Shown piece after piece: positions 1-13,334 of a DNA stretch of 64,000 nt (the stretch's first letter is position 1; the number at the start of each line of letters is the position of its first letter). Below the pieces are notes generated by a model. It saw nothing but the letters and a program-made list of their open reading frames with translations, ran no database searches and was not told where the DNA came from. Made by a program: the position numbers and the translations under genes. The DNA lies in NCBI RefSeq assembly GCF_036971445.1, contig NC_091476.1, forward strand, positions 159,712,001 to 159,776,000, in the 5' to 3' direction. The DNA comes from Narcine bancroftii (lineage: Eukaryota).

Positions 1-750
1 TGTAACTCAACTCCTGAAGACCCAGCAACATCCTAGCAAATCTTCACTCTTTCAATCTTATTAATATCCTTCCTGTAGTTAGGCAACGAGAACTGGATTC
101 AATATTCCAAATTTGGCCTCACCAATTTTTTTTTTTAAATTTTTTTATTTTTTAAAAACAACTTCCACATTATATCCAATTCCTATACACCATACTTTGA
201 TTTATAAAGGCTAAGATGCCAAAAGCTTTCTTTACAATCCTGTCCACCTGTGACGGCCCTTTCAGTGAACAATGTATCTGTATTCCCAGATCTCTCTGCT
301 CTTCCACACTCCTCAGTGCCCTATCAATTACTGTGTAAGTACTACCTTGGTTTGCCCTTCCAAAATGCATTACCTCATACTTGCCTATATTGAACTCCAT
401 CTGCCATTTTTTGGCCCATTCTCCCAGTTAGTCCAGATCCCTCTGCAAGCTTTGAAAATTTTCCTTACTGTCCACAACGCCTCCTTTCTTTGCGTTATCA
501 TCAAATGTTCTGATCCAATTTACCAATTGTCATCCAGATATAGACAACAAACAACAATGATCTCAACACAAATCCCCAAGGCACACCACTAGTCACAAGC
601 CTCCAGTCTGAGAAGCAACCATCCACTACCACTCTGTTTTCTCCCACACAGCCAATTTCAGTTTGCAACCTCTCCATGGAAACTAGTGTCTTAATCTTTT
701 GAACTAACCTCCCATGTGGGACCGAGTCAAAGGCTTTACTAAAGTCCATG
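1..750 (-). mobile_element. CR1-type LINE, degraded RT region
   Basis: Minus-strand ORFs carry CR1 RT motifs (MDFSKAFDSVPHGRLVQK, SGVPWGFVL, EVMHFGR, EEQRDLG, VKKAFG), with frameshifts. Confidence 0.85.
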
Positions 751-780
751 AGGGTATGTATGTATATAATATCTACCTCC

Positions 781-1355
781 GTAGGTACCTACGGCTCCTA
801 GAACGCTTCCACCAGCGTTGTCTCCGCTCCATCCTCAACATCCATTGGAGCGCTTTCATCCCTAACGTCGAAGTACTCGAGATGGCAGAGGTCGACAGCA
901 TAGAGTCCACGCTGCTGAAGATCCAGCTGCGCTGGGTGGGTCACGTCTCCAGAAAGGAGGACCATCGCCTTCCCAAGATCGTGTTCTATGGTGAGCTCTC
1001 CACTGGCCACCGTGACAGAGGTGCACCAAAGAAAAGGTACAAGGACTGCCTAAAGAAATCTCTTGGTGCCTGCCCCATTGACCACCGGCAGTGGGCTGAT
1101 CTCGCCTCAAACCGTGCATCTTGGCGCCTCACAGTTTGGCGGGCAGCAACCTCCTTTGAAGAAGACCGCAGAGCCCACCTCACTGACAAAAGGCAAAGGA
1201 GGAAAAACCCAACACCCAACCCCAACCCACCAATTTTCCCCTGCAGCCGTGTCTGCCTGTCCCGTATCGGACTTGTCAGCCACAAACGAGCCTGCAGCTG
1301 ACGTGGACTTTTACCCCCTCCATAAATCTTCGTCCGCGAAGCCAAGCCAAAGAAG
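781..1355 (+). mobile_element. RTE-clade LINE, 5'-truncated 3' end
   Basis: Open frame RLLERFHQRCLRSILNIHW...QLRWVGHVSR...YGEL...PKKRYKD...SRIGLVSH. Flanked by a perfect 13-bp TSD aatatctacctcc at 768-780 and 1356-1368. Confidence 0.9.
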
Positions 1356-1620
1356 AATATCTACCTCCATCTCCACCCACCAGAACAATACTGCCAGAAT
1401 CATAGGAGAATCTCAATAACATTGCCCCTTAAATGAGAAATTCTATATACTTTGAGGAAAAAAACAAAAGCAGCTCAAAAATATGGATGAAAGTAAGGTA
1501 CAAAAACCCACAGTTGTTAATAAAACTAATGATTAATTCAATATGGGAAAAATAGCACTTATTTATAGTGAATGTTTTTTCAAGAATGTATCCTTAAAAT
1601 ATCAATGTAATTTTTCCCCT

Positions 1621-2582
1621 TGATACAAGCCAACAAGTCCCCAAAACCCAGCACCAATAGAAATTCACCAAGACAAATGGTTACTTAAACAAAAGTTGTT
1701 TTTAATTTTCTTTAAACATAAAGACAAAATCAAACTTTAACTTATTACTATTAACTTAACCCCTTTCTAATTCTAAGCGCATGTGTATGTAATGTGTACC
1801 TGTTCAGGAAAGTTCTTTGCTTTAATAATCCAGTCATTCACTTCTCCAAGTTCACCAGTATCCGGCAATTCTTATACTGTGCACAGAATTTAACATTTAT
1901 GAATTTTCACCAGGGTTTGGTGCTAAAAAGTAAATGGCTTCCGCTCAGGAAGGTTCTTGTTGCTCATTGGACACACAAACTGATTTCCTCTGATCAGCCA
2001 CTTGATCAGTGTCTTGCCGAAGAAAATTGCCATATCATGGGTTTTCCAAATTATAACCTCTTCTTCTAGATCACCACAGAGTTCCTAGTTTCCCTTATTT
2101 CAGAAGAAACACTCTAGCCACCCATTTCCTCTTGTAAGTACTACAAGGGTTTTCAACAGGCTGAACTCAGAACTCACAACCCATCTTCAAAATAGGGTTT
2201 TCAACAAGCCTCCCAGCTTGCAATGTTGCAGCCTCAAAAGCCACTGTAGAACTGACCCCCCCCCCCCCCCCCACCCCACCCTCTCTCTCTCTCCCCGAGA
2301 AGAATGCGGTTTTCTTTCCTCTCTCTGCTTGTAAAATTCAGAACCCTTCCCAAGGCTCCAAATCCAATCCTTGAAAGATCGTCATCATGACTTGAGCCTG
2401 GACTTTGTTCCATTTGCACCTACTTCTGAAGTTCATTCCAAAGCAGTTCCATTGCCCTTTGCAAAGCCCCTGATGCCTGCATGTCTTGCTTCAGCAAAGC
2501 TCTTGCATTTTAAATGAGACGTGAAGTGTAAGTATCTGTTTGTTAAATGACCTACACTAAACTTTTAAAAACATCTGTAACA
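1621..2582 (+). mobile_element. Solo-LTR-like element, copy 1
   Basis: TG...CA ends, flanks ccct/cccc. Homologous along its length to 12029-12978, 13627-14642 and 46965-47972. Confidence 0.7.
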
Positions 2583-3017
2583 CCCCAATCATACATTCAA
2601 CAGCTGGCATCTGATGATATATACAATAATACATGTGCCATAAAAGCAATTTATGACAGGCTGATATGCCCACAAAATCAAATGAAGATGCTGCACATCA
2701 AATAAATTAGAAACAGAAGAGACTGCTGGAGAAACTTGGTAGGTCATCCAGTGTCAGTGGAGGGAAATTGTCCGTTGATGTTTCAGGTCAAAACCTTGTT
2801 TGAGGATTTCAACCCAAAACAGAGTGTTAGTTCGAAACACTGACTGTCTATTCCCTCCTCAGATGCCACTTGACTCACCAAGTTTCTTCTAAAGTTTTTT
2901 TTTGAAAAATATATAGAAATTAGCGTTGAATTTGAATTGTATTAAATCAGGATTTCACTGTAAGGCTGCTTTCAATAAAATGAAGCATCAATAATTTCAT
3001 CAGATGGTGCAACTTAC

Positions 3018-3168
3018 TTGTAAATGAACTCAACATAGTCAGATAGAAGCAGATATACAACAGGTCCATAAGTCTTGAAACACACGCTCGCCTAAAGAAC
3101 ATCCAAACTTTTATCGAAGATGTCTCAGGATCAGGATAATTTTCTGGGCTTCTGTACTTAGTCATCAT
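3018..3168 (-). CDS. KIAA0319L: KIAA0319L (AAV receptor) first coding exon; exon spans 3018-3189
   Basis: Acceptor ttttttgcag, donor gtaagt, phase 1. MMTKYRSPENYPDPETSSIKVWMFFRRACVSRLMDLLYICFYLTMLSSFT resembles the KIAA0319L N-terminus (human ...LYLFYTCFCFSVLWLST). Head-to-head with NCDN as in human. Confidence 0.75.
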
Positions 3169-3824
3169 GTTACCAAAGACAACAATTACCTGCAAAAAAC
3201 AGAGATCACATTTTAGCAATGTCAAAAGACAGTAAACCATAAAATTTATGTTCAAACAACTCTTCCTGAATTGACCTTTACCATTAAAAAAATATCACTC
3301 TGACACTACAAGAAAACATGTTAAAGGACAGGCTATTTTCATCTATAAATAAAGTTTAAAAAAAACTAAAAGTATTATTATAATAATAGAGGGATACAAA
3401 TAAAGAATGCTTGCTTCAGTCTTTATAATTGTGCAAATTATTAAAATTGCATTTGGAGCAATATTCTGTTGATTGTGAAATTGGTAACAAATCTAAGAAT
3501 ACATTATTCTGGATTCAATGCACAAACAAGGGAACAATGGGATATTGCACATTTTTCAGCCCACATTCTTTCTTTACAAATCACACATAAACCTGTAATG
3601 TTAGATGATTACGTAAACTAATGAAAGTGATAAGATTTTAAACTGCAACCTAATTATGGAGAATAGCACAATACTTAGTGACTTAATAGGATTTACTACC
3701 CATTAAACTGCCTGTATAAAGTAACTTGACTTGTAACACTGGTTATTTATACAGCAAAACCTACAACACAATTCCAATAATTCACAAAGTATATAAAAAA
3801 ATAAACTATGATTTCTGAAGAAAA

Positions 3825-4290
3825 ACACCAAAGTCTGCAGACTTCTGATTGAAGCAAAAACAATGCTGGAGAAACTCAGTAGGCCACCTTTTCTACATTG
3901 GAGAGACTGAACGCAGACAAGGAGATCACTTTGCTGAGTACTTTTGTTCTATCCACATCAAAGACAGGGATCTCACAGTGGCCAACTATTTCAATTCTGT
4001 GCCCCACACTGAGTTGACTTGTCTGCTATGGACTCGTATACTGTCAAAGCAAGGGCACCTGCAAAATGGAGGAGCAACATCTAATATTCCATCTGGGCAC
4101 TCTCCAAGCAGATGGTATTAACATCAACTTCTCTGGTTTCTGCTAGCCTACTCCCTGTTCATCCTCTCTTCCCTTTCCCTGTTTTCTTTCATCCAGCTCT
4201 CTAATCCTTTCCTCTCCATTCACAGAGCCACCCCTCCTCCCCCTATTTACTGGTGTGCCCTTCCCTCCCCTATCCACCCAATTTAAACAC
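3825..4290 (+). mobile_element. Penelope-like element remnant (GIY-YIG endonuclease)
   Basis: Translates to FYIGETERRQGDHFAEY...DLTVANYFNS, followed by a pyrimidine-rich tail. Confidence 0.7.
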
Positions 4291-6633
4291 ACTCAAGGAA
4301 GTTTCATACATTGACAATTCTCTGGATCTCTGCCTTTTAATTAATTTAACCTGAGCTTACATTCACAGTTAGGATTACAACAAAGCTTCCATTTCTACAT
4401 AAGAATTGCAAATTTTTTTTAAAACATCATCCTTAATAGTGCAAGGTCAGGATTCGGAAAGACAACAAGGCTGGAGAAGAATACAGAGTGAAGAGTGTGG
4501 CCAAAGCACCGAAGGATTTGAAAACAAGATTTTTTTTAAAAATTAAATCGTACTTCACCAAACAGAAGAGTCTTGAATAAAAATGTCACTCTCATTTTTC
4601 TTGGTAATTGTTATCACAAATCCATCAGTACCAAGGAATCACAGGGAAATTAATATTCTTGACAAGGGCTCAGCCTGGAAAAACTTTGAAAACTTCATGC
4701 TTCATCTAACATCTATGACTGGGTATAGATCAAAATTGCCACATCAAAATTCAATACATGGATGCAGCTCTGGCAAATGTACAAATTGAACTGGAAATTA
4801 ACATTGATTTTTTATGGTTATCATTTTTATTTACTGAGAAATAAAATGGCAATTAACAGTTTTGAAAAGAGGGTAAGATTTTTAAAACTGGTAAAGGATT
4901 AGCTTCCTTGCTCATAAAATTTGCCACTGCCTATTAAAACAAATGAAAGCGCAATGAAAAAATCTCTGCTAGTTAAAGAGCAAGTAATACATTTTTAGTT
5001 TTGCTACTAATTTGAGCTCTATTTATTAACATTACACAATTCTAAGAACCCTTCACTCTTGAAATGCAGCCAAAACTAATGTTAATTTGAACAACATGCA
5101 AGCTTCATGTATTGACTATTAAATATTGTTTTTGGTCAAGGTTATTTTGCCAACAGCTAGGATCACGAAGGAGAACAATGCCTGACTGGTTCTGTCAAGA
5201 AAATTACATGATTTGAATTTGCTTTATTTGACTTCACCAGGTCATGATTCATAGTTATCCAGATAGCACAGCGCTTGCACACAGGATTTGATTACCATCT
5301 TTTCATACTTATTGATAACTGATTAACCACCAGCAATAAATTGCATTTTAATGGTAACTCATCTTGAGCAACACAATAAAAGGTCACTATGCACATCTTA
5401 AACCATATTGAGAAATAAAATCTTGGTATCCCGATCTTTAAAACAAGGATTTTTATTAAAAAAAAACCCTGGGGATTTGACTTGCAATATTTGTTCTTTT
5501 CGCTTGATGTCATCTGAACTACAGTAGACCATATTTATTGTTTACAAATCTAAACAAACCACGAATGTTCCAACAACAGGGAGAAAATAATGAAATGACC
5601 AGGATGACAAACAAATTCTTGTAGAGCAGGGCAATAAACATTTAACTAGTCCTTTCTTTCAAACAAGTTTTAATTTCACAATTCTAGAAAACATTACGCC
5701 TTCCAGTTTCACACTAGAATTTGCTGTAAAGTCTTCTATGATGTTCCATCTGTAATCCTAATTTTACTTAAACTGGTCATCAAGAGAATGTTTATTTGCC
5801 TTATATTTTCCAATAAATATGAAGGAAGCAACCAATGCTCATTCTTCAGGTATGAGGAAATAGCACAATTAAAATTGCAACAGCAAAATATATTCAAAAC
5901 TGCCCCACAAAATAGCGCTGTTTCTATTGTCCTCACTGTAAGTCATACTAAATATGGCGGAGGGGGTCCCACTGTTAAAAACAAACAAGTTCTCAATCTC
6001 CTTTGGACACTGCGAGTCCTCCAGCATTTCTGAGTTTTTATTAAAAACAATGATCATCTGCGTTAGCCATAAGGAAGCAAAATTACTTATCTCAGAATTG
6101 CAAATATTTGGAATTCCCTACCTCAGAGGACAATGGAGGCAAGTCCTTTTCAAGCAGGGCTGAGTGAAGTGATGAATGTTTCTAAAAGGAAAATGCAAAG
6201 TTGAGTTTTTAAAAAAAATCATGTCACCCACAATCTTAATTGAGCAGCAGAACAGGCTTCAGGGTTTGAGTAGCCAACACCTACCCCTAATTCGCACATT
6301 CATGCAACTACAATGAATAAAGTTTCAACTGTTTTGTTGTCATTGTATTTTTCTTCGCTGAAAAAAACCCTGAAATTTTACCCATGAACAGACAAGATTC
6401 CCCCTCTAGAAGGTCAGAATCAAGTTCCTAAACATTAAATACTCAAGAAATTGTTCTTCCATTTTTTTTTCTCACGACAGCTAAGTAACCCTAGTTATGA
6501 GTGAAACACAAGAAATTCACAATAATACAAAAAAAAGCTCAACTCTGACTTATTTTACAACTTGGACCTGCATCATTCACATCCTACAACCATATATGTA
6601 TGTAGAACAAGAGGTCAGGAGTCATGTTAACCA

Positions 6634-6803
6634 ATGTGGTCCATATCCTGGATCTCCAGCCAACGTAGGCTACCCTCGAGGTACTCAATAGCTTCAGACA
6701 TTTTTGGGGGTAGGGGTGGAAGCTCCTCATTGTCACCCTCCTGTGGTTCAGAAACCAGAACTATAGTAACATGACAGACGATCTCGCAGTCCGTCAGATG
6801 CTC
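6634..6803 (-). repeat. Isolated Tigger fragment, near copy of 7596-7765
   Basis: About 170 bp nearly identical to part of the neighbouring Tigger element. Confidence 0.8.
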
Positions 6804-6849
6804 TATTAATTAACTCTTCTTAAATTATATTGGTGGAATATTTATTTAT

Positions 6850-7070
6850 TTTAGACAGACCCTTCCAGCCCTCAAACCCGTGCCGCCCAAATACCCAAAT
6901 TGACCAACAACCCAAATACATTTTGATCAGTGGGAGGAAACCAGAGTACTCGTAAGAAAAACACGCAGACAAGGGGAGAATGCACAAACTCCTTTTGATA
7001 GTGCCAGATTTGAACTCAAATCATTGGTGCTGTGATAATGGTAACCGCTAGGCAGTGTCGCCCAAATGTC
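6850..7070 (-). mobile_element. SINE remnant
   Basis: Reverse complement resembles the SINE copies at 13335-13575 and 39310-39495 (B-box-like gagttcaaat, gagtttgtgcattctcccc). Confidence 0.55.
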
Positions 7071-7348
7071 AATATCAAAAATATCCTTCTTAAAATTGCA
7101 TTGCAGACTAATAATAAATGTTACTAATAAATCTTGACCATGCAATATTATTCTCTCAAAAAAAAACAAATTGAAATTATTCTATTCAAAATTACACTGG
7201 ATGATGTACTTTTAGAAAACTTCGTAAAAGTGCATCACACGTTACACACAGTAAAAGCAAAGTTTAAGAAAAATCTTATCAAGGAAAGTTTTTTTTATCT
7301 TACAGAATGGTCTAGCCTATTGAATAACCTGAATAGAATTGTTAGTTA

Positions 7349-8973
7349 TAGTGGAACCCTGTTATAACGTGATAGTTCAAAAAAAAAGGATCACGATTAC
7401 AAAGAGGGGTCATGCTAAATCGGGGTCACAAGAAACAGCATTTTCAAAAAAGAACACATGTACAATTCCTGTATTTGCAATCCACTTTATTTCATACAAT
7501 CAATTTTTTTAAAAAAAGCAATCGAGTGTTCATTGCCTGAACACAGTATATTGTGATGAGTGAAATCCAAAATGCTTCTGAGCTGGAGGACTTTTATGTG
7601 GTCCATATCCTGGATCTCCAGCCAATGCAGGCTAGCCTCGAGGTACTCAATAGCTTCAGACACTGTTTGGGGTAGGGGTGGAAGCTCCTCACTGTCACCC
7701 TCCTGTGGTTCAGAAACCAGTACTATAGTAACATTACAGACGATCTTGCAGTCCGTCAGATGCTCATATAATCAGGCTTTCATCGTCAGTAGTGTAGCAT
7801 TGGTGAAAATCCTCTTTGCTAATTTGAAACAGCCTCTGTGCCTCATCTGTGAAGCCATAGAATCCTTGCTCAACATCATCTTCCTTTGTGGACTTTTGTG
7901 ATGAAAAGGCTGGATCCAGACCCTTCTCCCTGCATTTTCCCCCACACACGAGGAGCTGACATCTGCCTAGCTCTTCCCACCTAAGTGGCAAATTTCCTTA
8001 ACATTCATGCTTTTCAGATGGTCTTCCACCGTTATTGATTCGTCTACAATTCTATGAATTAATTCAGGTCTGTGATTCTGCTTGAACACGGAGATGATCC
8101 CCTGATCTCGGGGATGGATCTCAGATGTAGTGTTCTTTGGGAGGTAAGAAACTTGGATCTTTCTGTGGCTTAAGAGGTTGTCAGCTGGCAGGAGAGCAGG
8201 ACAGTTGTCAACCAAATGAAGAGCTTTGTATTCTAGCTTTTGCTTGCGCAAATGAGCACTGACAGCAGGGACAAAAGTTATGAAAAACAAAACATTAAAG
8301 ATGACACTGGTCATCCAAGCATTGCTGCTATGTATGTACTTCAACAGTAATGACTTCATGTTGACATGGTGGAAACAGCGGAGTGAGCGAAATTTGCTAA
8401 TTATGTGTCCCAGTCTTGTTAACACAAAACAACAATATCACGCGATCTTTGTTCCGTTTGAACCATTCACGTCGATGAGTGTAATCTTTGAAATCCCATG
8501 GCGTTTAAACTGGTCGAGCCATCCATTGCTAGCTTTGAACTGTGAGGTTTCTCCGTTGATCAACTGGTCAAATATTTCAGCTTGACTTTTGAGAATAGGC
8601 CTGGAAATTGGTAGGCCTTCTGAGTGTGCTTGAATGAACCACTCATAAAGGGGGTCAATGAAGCCGACATCCTTGGCCGTCTTCGTGTGTTTAGCCTTTA
8701 GTCCCTCCTCTTGCTCAACTTTCCAAAGCAATGCATGTAACTTATTTTCCTGAGATTTCTAGCTCGATTCAGGTATGCCGAGGTCACGTGCAACTTGGGT
8801 TTGACTTTTATTCTTATTTTTCCACTGAAAAAGATTTTTGACTTCTAATAATGCATTCCATTTTGATCTGAAAACAATTTCAATTCCGGAAAGAGAGAAA
8901 AAAAGGGTCCACTGGGTGATCATATTACATCAGTGTTTGCGTTAAATCAGGTTGCATTAAATTGCATCCACTG
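7349..8973 (-). mobile_element. Tigger/pogo DNA transposon, decayed
   Basis: CENP-B HTH (LYEWF...FKASNGWLDQFK) and DDE motifs (NAWMT, LVDNCPA, LPKNTTS..DQGII). TIRs (c/t)agtgga...tccactg flanked by TA. Confidence 0.9.
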
Positions 8974-11239
8974 TACTCCAAATAGGGACTGGTTATTTAT
9001 ATTGATTAACTGATGAAATGCAGAAGTATATTGTGTCAGTGTAAAAATATTTCCTTTAGATTTTGCATGCATCAAATAATTCAATTTAAAACTCAGTCTT
9101 AGCTAAAATCAAATTTAGCAATCAACTTTTAAATACAATTTGACAGATCATTAACTCTTCTTCAATAAATACAAACCAAGTCAGATTTAGTGGAAAAGCT
9201 CAATATGACTAATTATTTACCATTTGCACCTCAATCACAATAACATGGATTTAAATCTCACTCCAAAATATCAGTGATTAGAAAACAGTGATAGAAATAT
9301 TCCAACAAGAAAGCATCAACAAAGAGGAAAGATTGTCCAAGATTGTCCAGGGTAACAACTTTTCATCAAAACTAGCTAGTTCTAATGCTGATTGGCTAGA
9401 AATGGTTAAATTTAACAATTTCAGGTAGGTCTTTTGTGTTATAATACACCAAGTCAGAAGATGAGATGCTGTTCCTCAAGTTTGCAAGAGGTTTAGCTGC
9501 AACAATGTGGGAGACAAAAGATAAAAATGAAATGGAGAATTAAAGAAACTGGAAGCTGCGTCAGCCATGTTCACTTTGACGTCAACATTTGTCTCTTACC
9601 TAACAAAACCTAATACAAGGTGGAAAGTGATCATCCAACTTTCCAGTGTACACAAATCATGAATGCAGTGCACTAAAATCTACGCAGCATCCAATCAGTA
9701 CTTCCCTCTGAAACAATGTTTGCAACTGCAGATGATAGGAAGAGGAAAAAAATACATTTCCTCCAAACTACACTAGTGCAATCAACATATATTGTTGGAT
9801 GTGAAAGAGTTAACCAGACTTCAGATTTTCAACATTACCAGCAGTTTGTATTTTAATGTTCCAGATCTTTTCCCAAAACCCACACTTTTCTTCCCACTCC
9901 TTCCCTCACCACCCTTTCGAAGCCAAGACCAATATCATTTGTGTCAGTCAACCACCCTTGGGTTTTCACATCACAGATATTTGTTCTCCATACCTCTTCC
10001 CTTCTCAAGAAATTTAAAAACATTCAACTTTTAGCTATTTAATTCTGATAGAAAATCTTTGACCTGAAGTCTTAACTTGGTTTTATCGCCGCTGAAGGTT
10101 CCTCACGTGTTCAATTTTATTTTAGATTTCCAGCTTTTTGGTTTCATCTGGGAAACACCACATTAGTTATCTTGATACTTCAGCTTCGTGTTGACTGAAA
10201 GCTGTGTGTCAGGCATCTTTTATCTGTGAGCCATTAAACCAAGCACCCTCTACCAAGGTTTCAAAGGCAGGAGTCAAAAAGGTTCAGAGCACTCCATTCA
10301 TACCCAAGCCAATGCAATCAAGTTCCCCAATTATTTGCTGCCTTCTCTTCCAAAATGTAATTTTGTTGACTGAAGCATTGGGGGGGGGGGGGGGGGGGGG
10401 GAATCGAAAAGAATACAAATCAAGATGAAGATGTAAAATTACACAACACTGCAGGTATTAAAATACATTTCCTCAATCTCACAAGACAACTGGCGCATTC
10501 ACCCACTCAGAGCTTAAAACTAAATCCATTAAAAAAAACACTCAACAATAGAGCAAGATAAATGAGTGGATTTGGATCTGCCCGTTGATAACTCACAATA
10601 CCAGGAAATGAAACCAATTCCAATGAGCTCAGGACTGCAGCGACTAAGAGACTCGTCAATATGAAAACGCATTTGATCAACGAATTTGATTCACAACACT
10701 GTGGGCCGACACTATGTGGGAGATTAGAAACGGAGTCGCACTTTGTGCAACCGATACCTGGCTTCCACAAACCCGGATCCGATGGAGACTGCTCCCGGCG
10801 AGGTTGGTCTGCATCCTGGCAGACTCCTCCTTATTTTGCACCAGCTGCTGTTCTGGGACCGGACCCGGATCTCCGGGTGTCTCACGCTCCTCTTCTCTCC
10901 ATCGCACTGTGCAAAATTAAACTGCTGGTGGGGGGAAATCGAGCAGTTTTCGTGGAAGAGGAAGAATGATCGCCCTCCAGTAAAAACACTGAAATGCTGG
11001 AGCAACTTCAGCCGGTCTCGCAAGCGTCCATGGAGATATTCCCGAGGCCCGAGGCATTGTTGGGTGCTTTTACTACAATGACAATGTCTGCAGACTTCCG
11101 CGTTTTACATCTATCCAGGCCAGCTCGCATTTTCTCAACCCCCTGCTGCCTTATTCGTGGTCCCCCCCCTTCCCTCCTTCCTTCCTTCCCTCCCTCCCTC
11201 CCCTCGCCCACCCGCTTCAGAAAACTGAGAGGAGCTTAC

Positions 11240-11450
11240 CTGCCCGCGCCTCCTCCTTCTTCCCGCTTACTCCCCCTCCGTTTCTCCCCTCCCTCTGGGG
11301 CTTCCCCAGTCCACCGACCCCGATTCGCTCCGGATATAATACGCGCCCAGCCCCGTGTCGGTGCATCTGCCCGACTTTCTCCTCCCGCCCCCTCCGATCA
11401 CGGGAGAGCCACCAGGGCATCGCAAACGCTGCGGCGCGTCACTTCCGCCA
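11240..11450 (-). other. KIAA0319L: Putative non-coding exon 1 of KIAA0319L (5' end approximate)
   Basis: Strong minus-strand donor CAG|gtaagc at 11240/11239, inside the CpG island. Confidence 0.55.
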
Positions 11451-11769
11451 ATGACATCCGCCGCGCGCGCGGCGGCGGCGGCGAAGACGGACGGGGGTTC
11501 GTCACCTTCGGCGACGCTGACCGTCTGCCCCAGCCACACGGGAGGGGTGGAGGGGTGGGGGGGGAGCCAGCTGGCCGCACGCGACTGCGTCCCGTGACAC
11601 GGTTCGCCCCTGCGGCGGATCAACGGCCGGCGCGTGCCGACTGTGGCTTGGGGATGAGTCGCGTTCTGATTCGTCAGGCCCGAAGAGGTGGTTCACGTTG
11701 GACGGCCCAAGCGCGAGGAATCACCCGTACTCCGATTGGCCGAGGTGGTGGCAGCAGGAGCTGCTGATT

Positions 11770-11825
11770 GGTTGACGTTGTCCGAGGTGAGAGGTTGCTG
11801 TTGCCCGGGCGGTGTGGCGGTCGTG
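11770..11825 (+). other. NCDN: Putative non-coding exon 1 of NCDN (start approximate)
   Basis: Donor GTG|gtgagt at the island edge; the next exon starts 10 nt before the ATG. Confidence 0.55.
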
Positions 11826-12028
11826 GTGAGTTTTGAGCTCCGTGTGGTTTGCTGATTTTGTGTCTTTTTAAACCTGAGGAGCCCGTTAATCAGAAACAGG
11901 ATAGAATTCAGGGACCGTTTTGAAGGCTAATTTGGTTCTTCAGTAGAACTAGATGAATGCACTGGTCAGACCAGCAGGGATTTGTTGAAACACGGGGGCA
12001 TTTTTAAACTAAAAGTTGGTGTGTCTGT

Positions 12029-12978
12029 TGTTACGAGCCCAGAGGACCCCAAAACCCAGAGGCAATAGATATTCACTATGACAAATGGTAACTTAAACAA
12101 AAGTTGTTTTTAATTATCTTTAAACATGAAAATAGAATCAAACTTATCACTAGCTTATTCTAAGCACACGTGTATGTAATGTGTGTGTCAGTTCAGGAAA
12201 GTTCTTTGGTTCACGGTCATTTCTCATTCCTCCCAAGTTCACTGGTTGAAGGCCATTCTTATACTGTGCACAGAATTTAGCATTTATAAAGTTCACCAGG
12301 CTCCGGTGCTTGAAAGATGAATGGTTACTGCTCAGGAAGGTACTTGTCGGTTTTCAGAGAGAGATTTGTTGTTCCAAGTCATCCACAACTGATGTACTTC
12401 CATCAGCCACTCTAGTGTCTTGCTGATGAAACTTGCCCCTTCAAGGTTCTCCAGATGACAACCTCTTTCTTTCAGGTCACCACAGAGTGCTTTTTTGTTT
12501 CTCTTATTCCAAGTGAAACATTAGACAGCCAGTCCTCTCCTCTTGCATGAACCACAGGGCTTTGACCAGGCCATCTTCCAAATAGATTTGCCAGTTTGTC
12601 CTGTTCCAGTCCCAGCTACTTCTGCTGGCTGTAACACTGTCAAGTGATCTCTCTGTATCTCTCTCTCTCAGAGAGAAAGCCTGTTTGACTCTCTCTGCTT
12701 GCAAAACCACATGATCCTTTTACAACAGCAAGCTCTCTTCCAGATAGCAGTGACTGACATGCTCTTTTATTTGTTGTCTTTTGTAAACAAAAATCCATCA
12801 GTGAAGTCTCTTGAGCACTCTTCAAAGCTCTTGCAAAAGCTGGGTAGCCAATATGTCTAGCATGGGGCAGAGGTCCAGTATTTCAAATAAGATCTGTTTT
12901 AAAGTGTTTGTATATGACCTACTCTAACAAACCTTTCCCAATTTATCTCCCAAAAACACATCTATATACTCTGTCACA
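12029..12978 (+). mobile_element. Solo-LTR-like element, copy 2
   Basis: TGTTACG...TGTCACA ends; 4-bp flanks ctgt/ctat. Confidence 0.75.
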
Positions 12979-13334
12979 CTATTATATTGATGATCTTGAT
13001 AACCTTTCTTCCATGCAGCTTTAAATTATTTAATAATTTTTCAATTAACATTAGTTTATTAAAGGTATTCTGGAATGTTGATTTTATTGATGTTGATATC
13101 TAGCTATTTCTTACTAATCATTAAATTTTCCCACTGTTGCACAAAGAAGAATATCAATTTTCAAACAATCCAGGGCAATTGAATTTTCTCTTCAATCAAT
13201 TTATCGTGATCTTTGGAATTAATATTAATTATTTTAAAATGATTCATTATTCACTGATTTGTTAAATGCTTTAATATATTTATCCACAGCATAGTAAGTC
13301 TTGCAAATTAGATAATCAAATAGAATATTTAAGA

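Larger units (their letters stand above)
11150..11830. promoter_or_regulatory. CpG-island bidirectional promoter for KIAA0319L and NCDN
   Basis: GC/CpG-rich. ETS ACTTCCG 11441-11447, CCAAT 11448-11452, ATTGG 11735 and 11767, CRE-like TGACGT 11773. Splice donors point outward in both directions. Confidence 0.8.

Noticed and set aside
7764-8731. TIGD/JRK-like domesticated gene
   Set aside because: Broken frames, an internal deletion, and TIRs with TA flanks show a dead Tigger copy.
10994-11767. 257-aa Pro/Arg-rich ORF and overlapping ORFs
   Set aside because: Stop-poor by-product of the GC-rich CpG island; no recognisable domain.
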